Source of the DNA: Eledone cirrhosa
Taxonomy: Eukaryota
Reading direction: 5' to 3'
Assembly (NCBI GenBank): GCA_964016885.1
Contig: OZ024741.1
Location: 402,566,001-402,630,000 of the forward strand
DNA: 64,000 nucleotides
The notes under the pieces are model-generated. The model was given only the letters and a program-made list of their open reading frames with translations. It was not told where the DNA came from and did no database searches. A program made the position numbers and the translations under genes. Shown here in pieces: positions 51,593 through 64,000 of the stretch (positions within the stretch are counted from its first letter, which is position 1; the number at the start of each line of letters is the position of its first letter).

Positions 51593-51779
51593 TGGATTGG
51601 CAGCATCAGTAGAGGGTCAGACGCCATGCTTTGACGCATAGAGTTACGGCCCTTTCCATTCTGAGTTCAAATCCCGCCGAGGTTAACTTTGCCTTTCATC
51701 CTTACGGGGTCGATAAAATAAAGTACCAGTGATGCACTGGGTAATTGCTGGCCTTGTGCCAATAGTAGAAACAATTATT
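51593..51779 (+). mobile_element. SINE family A
   Basis: Full core, flanked on both sides by ATTATTTGTGTGTGTGT. Confidence 0.9.
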
Positions 51780-51937
51780 TGTGTGTGTGTGTGTGTAAGA
51801 GAGAGAGTGTGGATGTGTGTGTGTGCATATGTGTATGAGAGAGAGTGTCTATATGTGTGTGAGAGTGTGACTGTATGTATGTGTGTGTGTGTGACTTTGT
51901 TTAATTTATCACCTGAGTTGTGTTGTAATTTTTATAT

Positions 51938-52385
51938 ATGATATACCAACATGTGGCAATGAAGCCATGGTATATTTATGATATACCAACATGTGGCAAT
52001 GAAGCCATGGTATATTTATGATATGCCAACATGTGGCATTGAATCTATGATATATTTATGATATACCAACATGTGACAGCAAAGCCTTGATATATATATA
52101 TATATGATATACCAACATGTGGCAGTGGAGCCATGGGATATTTATGATATACCAACATGTGGCAGTAAAGCCATGGCATATTTATGATTTATCAACATGT
52201 AGCAGTGAAGCCATGATATATATATGATATACCAACATGTGACAGTAAAGCCATGGTATATTTATGATGCACCAACATGTAGCAGTGAGGCCATGGTATA
52301 TATATGTGATATACCAACATGTGGCAGTGAACCCGTGATATATATATATATATATATGATACACCAACATGTGACAGTGAAGCCT
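51938..52385. repeat. 40-bp minisatellite, about 10-11 copies, with variable internal (TA)n
   Basis: ATGATATACCAACATGTGGCAATGAAGCCATGGTATATTT units at 51938, 51978 and 52018. Confidence 0.9.
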
Positions 52386-52495
52386 GTCTTTTAACTCTTA
52401 ACGTCCTGTTCCACATGAAACAGCATCAAGACATTCTTTAAAAGTACAAAACAACACTATGACTGCAGCACATTAAAAGTAGTAAAATCTTTAGT

Positions 52496-52849
52496 CTTTG
52501 GAGTAATGTTACTTGATAGAGTGTGTAGCTTGGAGATCAGAGAGTCATTCCAGGTAGAGCTGCTACTTCTCCGAATTGAGAGATCACAGCCCCGATTCCA
52601 TGGTGATGTTAGAATGTCTCAGGAAAGAATTGCTGGACAGATTTATTGGCAAAAACAAACTGGCAGGAGACTCAGGGGTAGACCCCCAAGCAAGATGGTT
52701 GGATAACATCCATGAGATTGACTGGTCTTGATTTGGGATCCAGCTGGATCAGTTGGAGACAGTTGCTTCTGACAGGACCTGCTAGAAGGAGTGTTTCAGG
52801 ACTCTGCTCTCATGACTCACTCAGAAATAAGTTGGCGAAGAAGAAGAAG
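52496..52849 (+). mobile_element. RTE-clade LINE 3' end with (GAA)n tail
   Basis: ORF 52506-52706 LLDRV.SLEIRESFQVELLLLRIERSQ...GRRLRGRP; same family as 47385-47905. Confidence 0.88.
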
Positions 52850-52936
52850 GGGTCATAATCTTCAATAGAGATCTTATCGTGGAGATATTCTTCATTAATA
52901 CTAGAATTTCCTTTTATATCTTATTATAATGTCCAA

Positions 52937-52991
<55 letters not shown>

Positions 52992-53743
52992 AAAATGTTT
53001 GACCCCGACGGCAGAGCTCAAGCCGTTTTGACGCGGTCAAACATTTCCAAAATTTATAAAACAAACTTTGTATTTTATCTGATATAAATAGGAGTTTAAA
53101 ACACAGACGACTTTATGGGTGACTTTAGGAGATATAAGAACCGTAGAGCAAATATTTATTAAAATAACAGATTAAAGTTTAAGAAAAGAATCAATGCTTT
53201 CACCCTTAACGGGATCTCCTGAAACTCAGAAGATCACGTTAAGGGTGAAAGGAGCGATTCTTTGCTTAAACTTTAATCTGTTATTTTAATAAATATATAT
53301 ATATACAATGATATTAAATAAATGGAAACTATATTTATAAAACCATATTTATATTTCAAGGGTACCAAAACTTTGGTACGCTTTCATCAGATAAAATACA
53401 AAGTTTGTTTTATAAATTTTGACATAACCAAGAAAAGATACCTTAACGGTTCAAATTATATATATATAATGAAGGAGGTGTGGTAAGGAACCAGATGGAC
53501 CATAATGCACCAGAGTACTCAATACTTAGGGTAGTAGAGTGGGTAATAGGAAAATGTTTGACCGCGTCAAAACGGCTTGAGCTCTGCCGTCGGGGTCAAA
53601 CATTTTCCTATATATGTATATATATATATACAGTTGGACATTATAATAAGATATAAAAGGAAATTCTAGAATTAATGAAGAATATCTCCACAATAAGATC
53701 TCTATTGAAGATTGTGAACCCTTCTTCTTCGTCAACTTATTTC
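52824..53743. repeat. Nested inverted-repeat complex (three levels)
   Basis: Outer arms about 52824-53048 / 53549-53743; middle arms about 53049-53083 / 53386-53420; inner hairpin about 53152-53297. Confidence 0.85.
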
Positions 53744-53935
53744 CAGTTGGCAACCTCAACACCCAAATTAGGAAACCAAGAAAAAAATTGAAAGAGAATA
53801 GGTCAACATATCCATTGTGCTTCCATGCGACGCCTCTCAGGACAGGTTTCAAACCCATTGCCATATTTTGTAGTATTGGGTGGAGATGCAATATGTTTTT
53901 TATACAAGCCCCTCCTCTCTCTAAGGCCTGAAACA

Positions 53936-54036
53936 ATCCAGCTGGTTCAATGAAAAACAGTTGCTTCTGACAGGACCCACTGGAAGGAGTACTTGAGGAC
54001 TCCATTGTAACCACTCTCCCAGGATTAAGTGGGAAA
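53936..54036 (+). mobile_element. RTE LINE extreme 3' stub
   Basis: CCAGCTGG...CAGTTGCTTCTGACAGGACC...GAAGGAGT matches 52740-52805. Confidence 0.7.
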
Positions 54037-54042
54037 ATAATA

Positions 54043-54260
54043 ATAATTGTTTCTACTTTTGGCACAAGGCCAGCAATTTGAAAGGGAGGGGAAAGTTGAC
54101 TAAATCAACCCCAGTGCATTACTGGTATTTTATTTTATTGGCTCGTAAGAATGAAAAGCAAAGCTAACCTCGGCAGGATTTGAACCCAGAACGCAATGGG
54201 CCATAACTCCACGCTGTAAAGCATGGTGTCCAACGCTCTACTGATACAGACAGTCCACCA
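54043..54260 (-). mobile_element. SINE family A (full length)
   Basis: Reverse complement of the core and B box. Confidence 0.82.
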
Positions 54261-54335
54261 CACTAATTGTAATAATAATTGTTTCTACTTTTGTCACAAG
54301 ACCAGCAATTTGAAAGGGAGGAGACAGTCGATTAA

Positions 54336-54722
54336 CCCTTTAGCATTTAAACCGACTATATCCGGCCAAAATTATCTCACCTTTTTCAGTTCAAACCGAC
54401 CATAACTGACTTCTCATACTGATGTTATGGTATTGTTCTCAAAATAAATAATATCAATATCTCATAGCTTTGATATTATGTGAGGTGAAGCCTTTACTGG
54501 GAAAATACAATAATAAATATAACCCTTTAACATTCACATTACTCTCTACATACTATTGTATTTTTATAGTAAACACTTTATCTTACATAATATCGAATCT
54601 GAGATTTTGATATTATTGATTTTGAGAACAATACCTCAGTATAAGCGGCCAATTTCAACTGGTTTGAACAGAAAGAGGTGAGACGTTTCTGGCCGGATAC
54701 GGCCGGTTTGAATGCTAAAGGG
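54336..54722. mobile_element. Composite TTAA-flanked MITE inserted into a SINE family A copy (54277-54783)
   Basis: TTAA at 54332-35 and 54723-26; TIR CCCTTTAGCATT.AAACCG. Removing the element restores the SINE motif GTCGATTAAATCTACCC. Confidence 0.85.
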
Positions 54723-55067
54723 TTAAATCTACCCGAGTACATTACTGGTACTTTATTTTATTGATGCCCTACCAATACTGCCAAAAGAAGAAAAAGAAGA
54801 ATGTCTACTATTTTGTTCCAATTTATCGAAAATATGATTCAACAACATTGTTCCATATGTCATTTGGCCAGTTTTTATCTTAATTGCATCTGTATTATGT
54901 ATTTCTGGTGTTATAATTAACTCCAAAGTTCTTCCATTGATAACACGATAAAGTTTCTCAATAGATTTTTGTCTGATTGATAGAATTAAAGCTATTGTTA
55001 GCAATTCCTACACCTTAATTGAACCCAGAATATAAATATAGATTATCAAAGGTGTGACTAATGTCTC

Positions 55068-58000
55068 AACCACAACACCACCGCCACCATCACTAACAAC
55101 AACAGTAACAACAACAACTACCACAACAGCAATAACAACTAGAATAACTACATCTCTACCATCACCTCCAAAAACACCACCGCCAACAAGTGCCACAACA
55201 ACAATAGCAATAAGAATAACAACAACACTACCACCATCAACAATAACAACAACAACACAACTACTCCCAACATCACAACCACCAGAACCATCACCACCAA
55301 CAAGACATCCCCACAGCCACCAACAACAGCACCACCCCCACTACTACCAACACCACCACTAACAACACCACCACCACCACCACTACTACCAACACCACCA
55401 CTAACAACAACACCACCACTATTACCAACACCACCACTAACAACAGCACCACCACCACCACTACTACCACCACCACCACCACTAACAAGAACACCACCAC
55501 CACCACTACTAACAACACCACCACCACTAACAACACCACCGCCAACACTAGTACCACCACCACCACTAACAACAACACCACCACCACCACTAACAACAAC
55601 ACCACCGCCACCACTACTACCAACACCACCACTAACAACACCACCACCACCACCACTACTACCACCACCACTAACAACACCTCCACCACTACTACCACTA
55701 CCACCACTAACAACACCACCGCCAACACTAGTACCACCACCGCCACTAACAACACCACCGCCACCACTACTACCACCACCACCACTAACAACAACACCAC
55801 CACCACCACTACTACCAACACCACTACTACCACCACCACCACTAACAACACCACCGCCACCACTACTACCAACACCACCACTAACAACACCACCGCCACC
55901 AATACTACCACCACCACTAACAACAACACCACCACCACCACTACTACCAACACCACTACTACCAACACCACCACTAACAACACCACCGCCACCACTACTA
56001 CCACCACCACCACTACTACCACCACCACCACTAACAACAACACCACCACCACCACTACTACCAACACCACTACTACCAACACCACCACTAACAACAGCAC
56101 CGCCACCACTACTACCACCACCACCACTAACAACACCACCGCCACCACTACTACCACCACCACCACTAACAACAACACCACCACCACCACTACAACCAAC
56201 ACCACTACTACCACCACCACCACTAACAACACCACCACCACCACTACTACCACCACCACCACTACTACCACCACCACCACTAACAACAACACCACCACCA
56301 CCACTACTACCAACACCACTACTACCAACACCACCACTAACAACAGCACCGCCACCACTACTACCACCACCACCACTAACAACACCACCGCCACCACTAC
56401 TACCACCACCACCACTAACAACAACACCACCACCACCACTACTACCAACACCACTACTACCACCACCACCACTAACAACACCACCGCCACCACTACTACC
56501 ACCACCACCACTACTACCACCACCACCACTAACAACAGCACCGCCACCACTACTACCACCACCACCACTAACAACAACACCACCACCACCACTACTACCA
56601 ACACCACTACTACCAACACCACCACTAACAACAGCACCACCACCACCACTACTAACACCACCACTAACAAGAACAACACCACCACCACTAACAACAACAG
56701 CACCACTACTGCCAACACCACCACTAACAACACCACCGCCAACACTACTACCAACACCACCACTAACAACACCACCGCCACCACTACTACCACTACTACC
56801 ATTAACAACAACACCACCTCCACCACTACTACCAACACCACCACTAACAACAACACCACCGCCACCACTACTACCAACACCACCACTAACAACACCACCA
56901 CCACTACTACCACTACCACCACTAACAACACCACCACCGCCACCACTACTACTACTACCACCACTAACAACAACACCACCCACCGCCAGCACTACTACCA
57001 ACACCAACACTAACAACAACACCACCACTACTACCACTACCACCACTAACAACACCACCACCGCCACCACTACTACCACTACCACCACTAACAACAGCAC
57101 CACCACCACTACTACCACCACCACCACTAACAACAACACCAACACCACTACTACCACTACCACCACTAACAACAACACCACCGCCACCACTACTACCTCT
57201 ACCGCCACTAACAACAACACCACCACCACCACTACTACAACTACCACCACTACCACCAACACCACCACCACCACTACTACCACTACCACCACTACCAACA
57301 ACACCATCTCCACCACTACTACCAACACCACCACTACTACCAACACCACCACTAACAACAACACCACCTCCACCACTACTACCACTACCACCACTAACAA
57401 CAACACCACCGCCAACACTACTACCACAAACACCACCACTAACAGCACCACCATCACTACTACCACCACCACCACTAACAACAACACCACCACCACCACT
57501 ACTACCACTACTACCACCACCACCACCACCACTACCACCACCACCACCACTAACAACACCACCACCACCACTACTACCACCATCACCACTAACAACAACA
57601 CCACCGCCACCACCACTAACAACAGCACCACCGTCACCACTACTACCACCACCACTAACAACACCACCACTACTACCACCACCACCACTAACAACAACAC
57701 CACCACCACCACTACTACCACCACCACCACTAACAACAACACCACCGCCACCACTACTACCACCACCACCACCACCACTAACAACACCACCACCAACACC
57801 ACTACCACCACTAACAACAACACCACCGCCACCACTACTGCCACCACCACCACCAGTAACAACACCACCACCACCACTACTACCACCACCACCACTAACA
57901 ACAACACCACCACCACCACCACTACTACCAGCACCACCACTAACAACAACAACACCACCACCTCCACTAACAACAACACCACCACCACCACTACTACCAC

Positions 58001-61000
58001 CACCACCACTAACAACAACAACACCACCACCACCACCACTACTAACACCATCGCCACCACTAACAACACCACCACCACCACTACTACCACCACCACCACT
58101 AACAACAACAGCACCACCACCACCACTACCAACACCACCACTAACAACACCACCACCACCACTACTACCACCACCACGACTAACAACAACAGCACCACCA
58201 CCACCACTAACAACACCACCACCACCACTAACAGCAACAGCACCACCACCACCACTACTACCACCACTAACAACAACACCACCACCACCACTACCACCAC
58301 CACCACCACTAACAACAACACCACCACCACTACCACCACCACCACTAACAACAAGAGCACCACCACCACTACTACCAACACCACCACTAACAACAACACC
58401 ACCACCACCACTACTACCACCACCACCACCACTAACAACAACACCACCACCACCACTACTACCACAACCACCACCACTAACAACAACACCACCACCACTA
58501 CTATTACCACAACCACCACTAACAACAAGAGCACCACCACCACTACTACCAACACCACCACTAACAACAACACCACCACTACCACTACTACCACCACCAC
58601 CACTAACAACAACACCACCGCCACCACTACTACCACCACCACCACTAACAACAACACCACCACTACCAACACCACGACTAACAACACCACCACCACTACT
58701 ACCACCACCACCACTAACAACACCACCACCAACACCACTACCACCACTAACAACAACACCACCGCCACCACTACTGCCACCACCACCACCAGTAACAACA
58801 CCACCACCACCACTACTACCACCACCACCACTAACAACAACACCACCGCCACCACTACCACCACCACCACCACTAACAACAACACCACCACCACTACTAC
58901 CAGCACCACCACTAACAACAACAACACCACCACCTCCACTAACAACAACACCACCACCACCACTACTACCACCACCACCACTAACAACAACAACACCACC
59001 ACCACTACCACCACCACCACTAACAACAACAACACCACCACCTCCACTAACAACAACACCACCACCACCACTACTACCACCACCACCACTAACAACAACA
59101 ACACCACCACCACTACCACCACCACCACTAACAACAACACCACCACTAACAACACCACCACTAACAACACCACCACCACCACTACTACCAACACCACCAC
59201 TACCAACACCACCACTAACATCACCACCACCACCACTACTACCAACACCACCACTAACAACACCACCACCACCACTACTACCAACACCACCACTAACAAC
59301 AACACCACTAACATCACCACCACCACCACTACTACCAACACCACCACTAACAACACCACCACCACCACTACTACCACCACCACGACTAACAACAACAGCA
59401 CCACCACCACCACTAACAACACCACCACCACCACTACTACCACTACCACCACTAACAGCAACAGCACCACCACCACCACTACTACCACCACTAACAACAA
59501 CACCACCACCACCACTACCACCACCACCACCACTAACAACAACACCACCACCACTACCACCACCACCACTAACAACAAGAGCACCACCACCACTACTACC
59601 AACACCACCACTAACAACAACACCACCACCACCACTACTACCACCACCACCACCACTAACAACAACACCACCACCACCACTACTACCACCACCACCACCA
59701 CTAACAACAACACCACCACCACTACTATTACCACAACCACCACTAACAACAAGAGCACCAACACCACTACTACCAACACCACCACTAACAACAACACCAC
59801 CACTACCACTACTACCACCACCACCACTAACAACAACACCACCGCCACCACTACTACCACCACCACCACTAACAACAACACCACCACTACCAACACCACG
59901 ACTAACAACACCACCACCACTACTACCACCACCACCACTAACAACACCACCACCACCACCACTACTACCACCACCACCACTAACAACAACACCACCGCCA
60001 CCACTACCACCACCACCACCACTAACAACAACACCACCACCACTACTACCAGCACCACCACTAACAACAACAACACCACCACCTCCACTAACAACAACAC
60101 CACCACCACCACTACTACCACCACCACCACTAACAACAACAACACCACCACCACTACCACCACCACCACTAACAACAACAACACCACCACCTCCACTAAC
60201 AACAACACCACCACCACCACTACTACCACCACCACCACTAACAACAACAACACCACCACCACTACCACCACCACCACTAACAACAACACCACCACTACCA
60301 ACACCACCACTAACAACACCACCACCACCACTACTACCAACACCACCACTACCAACACCACCACTAACATCACCACCACCACAACTACTACCAACACCAC
60401 CACTAACAACACCACCACCACCACTACTACCAACACCAACACTAACAACAACACCACTAACATCACCACCACCACCACTACTACCAACACCACCACTAAC
60501 AACACCACCACCACCACTACTACCAACACCACCACTAACAACAACACCACCGCCACCACTACTACCACTACCACCACTAACAACACCACCACCACCACTA
60601 ACAACAACAACACCGCCACCACTACTACCAACACCACCACTACTACCACTACCACCACTAACAACAACACCACCACTACCACCACCGCCACCACTACTAC
60701 CAACACCACCACTAACAACAACACCACCGCCACCACTACTACCACCACCACCACTAACAACACCACCACCACCACTACTACCACCACCACCACTAACAAC
60801 AACAGCACCACCACCACCACTACTACCAACACCACCACTAACAACAACACCACCACTACCACCACCACCACCACTAAGAACAACACCACCGCCACCACTA
60901 CTACCAACACCACCACTAACAACAACACCACCACCACCACTACTACCACCACCACCACTAACACCACCACCACTACTACCACCACCACCACTACCACCAC

Positions 61001-64000
61001 CACGACTACTACCACCACCACCACCACTAACAACAACACCACCACCACTACTATTACCACCACCACCACTAACAACAACACCACCAGCACCACTACTACC
61101 ACCACCACCACCACTACTACCACCACCACCACCACCACTAACAACACCACCACCACCACTAACAACAACACCACCACTAACAACAACAGCACCACCACCA
61201 CTACTACCACCACCACCACTACTACCAACACCACCACTAACAACACCACCACCACCACCACTACTACCACCACCACCAGTAACAACAACACCACCGCCAC
61301 CACTACTACTACTACCACCACTACCACCAACACCACCAGCACCACTAACAACAACACCACCGCCAGCACTACTACCAACACCAACACTAACAACAACACC
61401 ACCGCCACCACTACTACCACCACCACCACTAACAACAACACCAACACCACTACTACCACTACCACCACTAACAACACCACCACCGCCACCACCACTAACA
61501 ACACCACCACCGCCACCACTACTACTACTACCACCACTACCACCAACACCACCACCACCACTACTACCACTACCACTACTACCAACAACACCATCTCCAA
61601 CACTACTACCAACACCACCACTACTACCAACACCACCACTAACAACAACACCACCTCCACCACTACTACCACCACCACCACTAACAACAACACCACCGCC
61701 ACCACTACTACCACTACTACCACCACCACCACCACTAACAACAGCACCACCACCACTACTACCACCACCAACACTAACAACAACAACACCGCCACCACTA
61801 CTACCACCACCACCACTAACAACAGCACCACCGTCACCACTACTACCACCACCACCACCACTAACAAAACCACCACTACTACCACCACCACCACTAACAA
61901 CAACACCACCACCACCACTACTACCACCACCACCACTAACAACAACACCACCGCCACCACTACTACCACCACCACCACCACTAACAACACCACCACCACC
62001 ACCACTACCACTACCACCACTAACAACAACACCACCGCCACCACTACTGCCACCACCACCACCAGTAACAACACCACCGCCACCACTACTACCACCACCA
62101 CCACCACTAACAACACCACCACCACGTACCACTACCACCACCACCACCACTAACAACACCACCACCACCACTAACAACAACACCACCACCACCACCACTA
62201 CTACCACCACCACCACTAACAACAACAACACCACCACCTCCACTAACAACCACACCACCACTACTACCACCACCGCCAATACTACCACCACCACCACTAA
62301 CAAAAACACCACCGCCACCACTACTACCACCACCACCACCACTAACAACACCACCACCACCATTAACAAAAACACCACTGCCACGACTACTACCACCACC
62401 ACCACCGCCAGTAACAACACCACCGCCACCACTACTACCACCACCACCACTAACAACAACACCACCACTACCACTAACAACACCACCACCACCACTAACA
62501 ACAACACCACCACCACTACTACTACCACCACTACCACTAACAACAACAACACCACCACCACTACCACCACCACCTCCACTAACAACAACACCACCACCAC
62601 CACTACTACCAACACCACCACTAACAACAACACCACCACCACCACTACTACCACCACTAACAACAACAACACCACCACCCCTACCACCACCACACCACTA
62701 ACAACAACACCACCACCACCACTACTACCACCACCACCACCACTAACAATAACACCACTACCACCACTACTACCAACACCACCACTAACAACACCACCAC
62801 CACCACCACCACCACCACCACTACTAACACCACCACCACCACTAACAACACCACCACCACCACTACTACCACCACCACCACTAACAACAACAGCACCACC
62901 ACCACCACTACCAACACCACCACTAACAACACCACCACCACCACTACTACCACCACCACGACTAACAACAACAGCACCACCACCACTACTACCACTACCA
63001 CCACTAACAGCAACAGCACCACCACCACCACTACTACCACCACTAACAACAACACCACCACCACCACTACCACCACCACCACCACTAACAACAACACCAC
63101 CACCACCTCTACTACCACCACCACCACCACTAACAACAAGAGCACCACCACCACTACTACCAACACCACCACTAACAACAACACCACCACCACCACTACT
63201 ACCACCACCACCACTAACAACAACACCACCACCACTACTATTACCACAACCACCACTAACAACAAGAGCACCACCACCACTACTACCAACACCACCACTA
63301 ACAACAACACCACCACTACCACTACTACCACCACCACCACTAACAACAACACCACCGCCACCACTACTACCACCACCACCACTAACAACAACACCACCAC
63401 TACCAACACCACGACTAACAACACCACCACCACTACTACGACCACCACCACTAACAACAACACCACCACCACCACTACTACCACCACCACCACTAACAAC
63501 AACAGCACCACCACCACTACTACCACCACCACCACTAACAACAACACCACCAGCACCACTACTACCACCACCACCACTAACAACAACACCACCAGCACCA
63601 CTACTACCACCACCACCACTAACAACAACACCACCAGCACCACTACTACCACCACCACCACTAACAACAACAGCACCACCACCACCACTACTACCACCAC
63701 CACCACTAACAACAACACCACCACCACCACTACCACCACCACCACCACTAACAACAACACCACCACCACCACTACTACCACCACCACCACTAACAACAAC
63801 AGCACCACCACCACTACTACCACCACCACTAACAACAACACCACTACCACCACCACCACCACTAACAACAACACCACCACTACCACCACCACCACTAACA
63901 ACAAGAGCTCCACCACCACTACTACCAACACCACCACTAACAACAACACCACCACCACCACTACTACCACCACCACCACCACTAACAACAACACCACCAC
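55068..64000. repeat. At least 8.9-kb complex trinucleotide array (ACC/ACT/AAC words), truncated by the right window edge
   Basis: Direct reading; the plus strand is nearly G-free and carries recurrent rare-word blocks. Confidence 0.95.

Noticed and set aside
27509-54783. tRNA genes
   Set aside because: The A/B boxes belong to SINE heads that continue into a shared core and tail; no cloverleaf was seen.
55148-64000. Poly-Val/Leu and Gly-Ser-Val ORFs (2325, 1909, 562 and 439 aa) as structural proteins
   Set aside because: Several frames are open at once because the triplet alphabet lacks stops; no signal peptide, domain or splice evidence.

Overview
AT-rich, repeat-dense animal (eukaryotic) DNA. 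The SINE and microsatellite landscape resembles cephalopod (Octopus-like) genomes; this is inference. No prokaryotic operon and no CRISPR array. Layout: (1) 1-26690 is a 54-bp tandem satellite of about 500 monomers with nested higher-order duplications. Its monomer is an in-frame piece of an RTE-clade LINE reverse-transcriptase ORF: the array runs into RTE sequence at its right edge, and a non-amplified RTE copy lies at 47.4-47.9 kb. (2) 26.7-55 kb is a mosaic of tRNA-derived SINEs, RTE/CR1/Tx1 LINE fragments, TTAA-flanked MITEs and minisatellites. It also holds the probable last coding exon of an ARL15-like GTPase, a decayed intronless REC8/RAD21-family kleisin retrocopy, a Tx1 insertion flanked by a perfect 257-bp duplication, and several long fold-back elements beside (TA)n tracts whose arms carry type-I hammerhead ribozyme cores (Penelope-like remnants). 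(3) 55.07-64 kb is a complex ACC/ACT/AAC trinucleotide array running off the window. Almost all long ORFs in the supplied track are repeat artefacts. All family and protein calls come from manual reading and recalled motifs, not from database searches.
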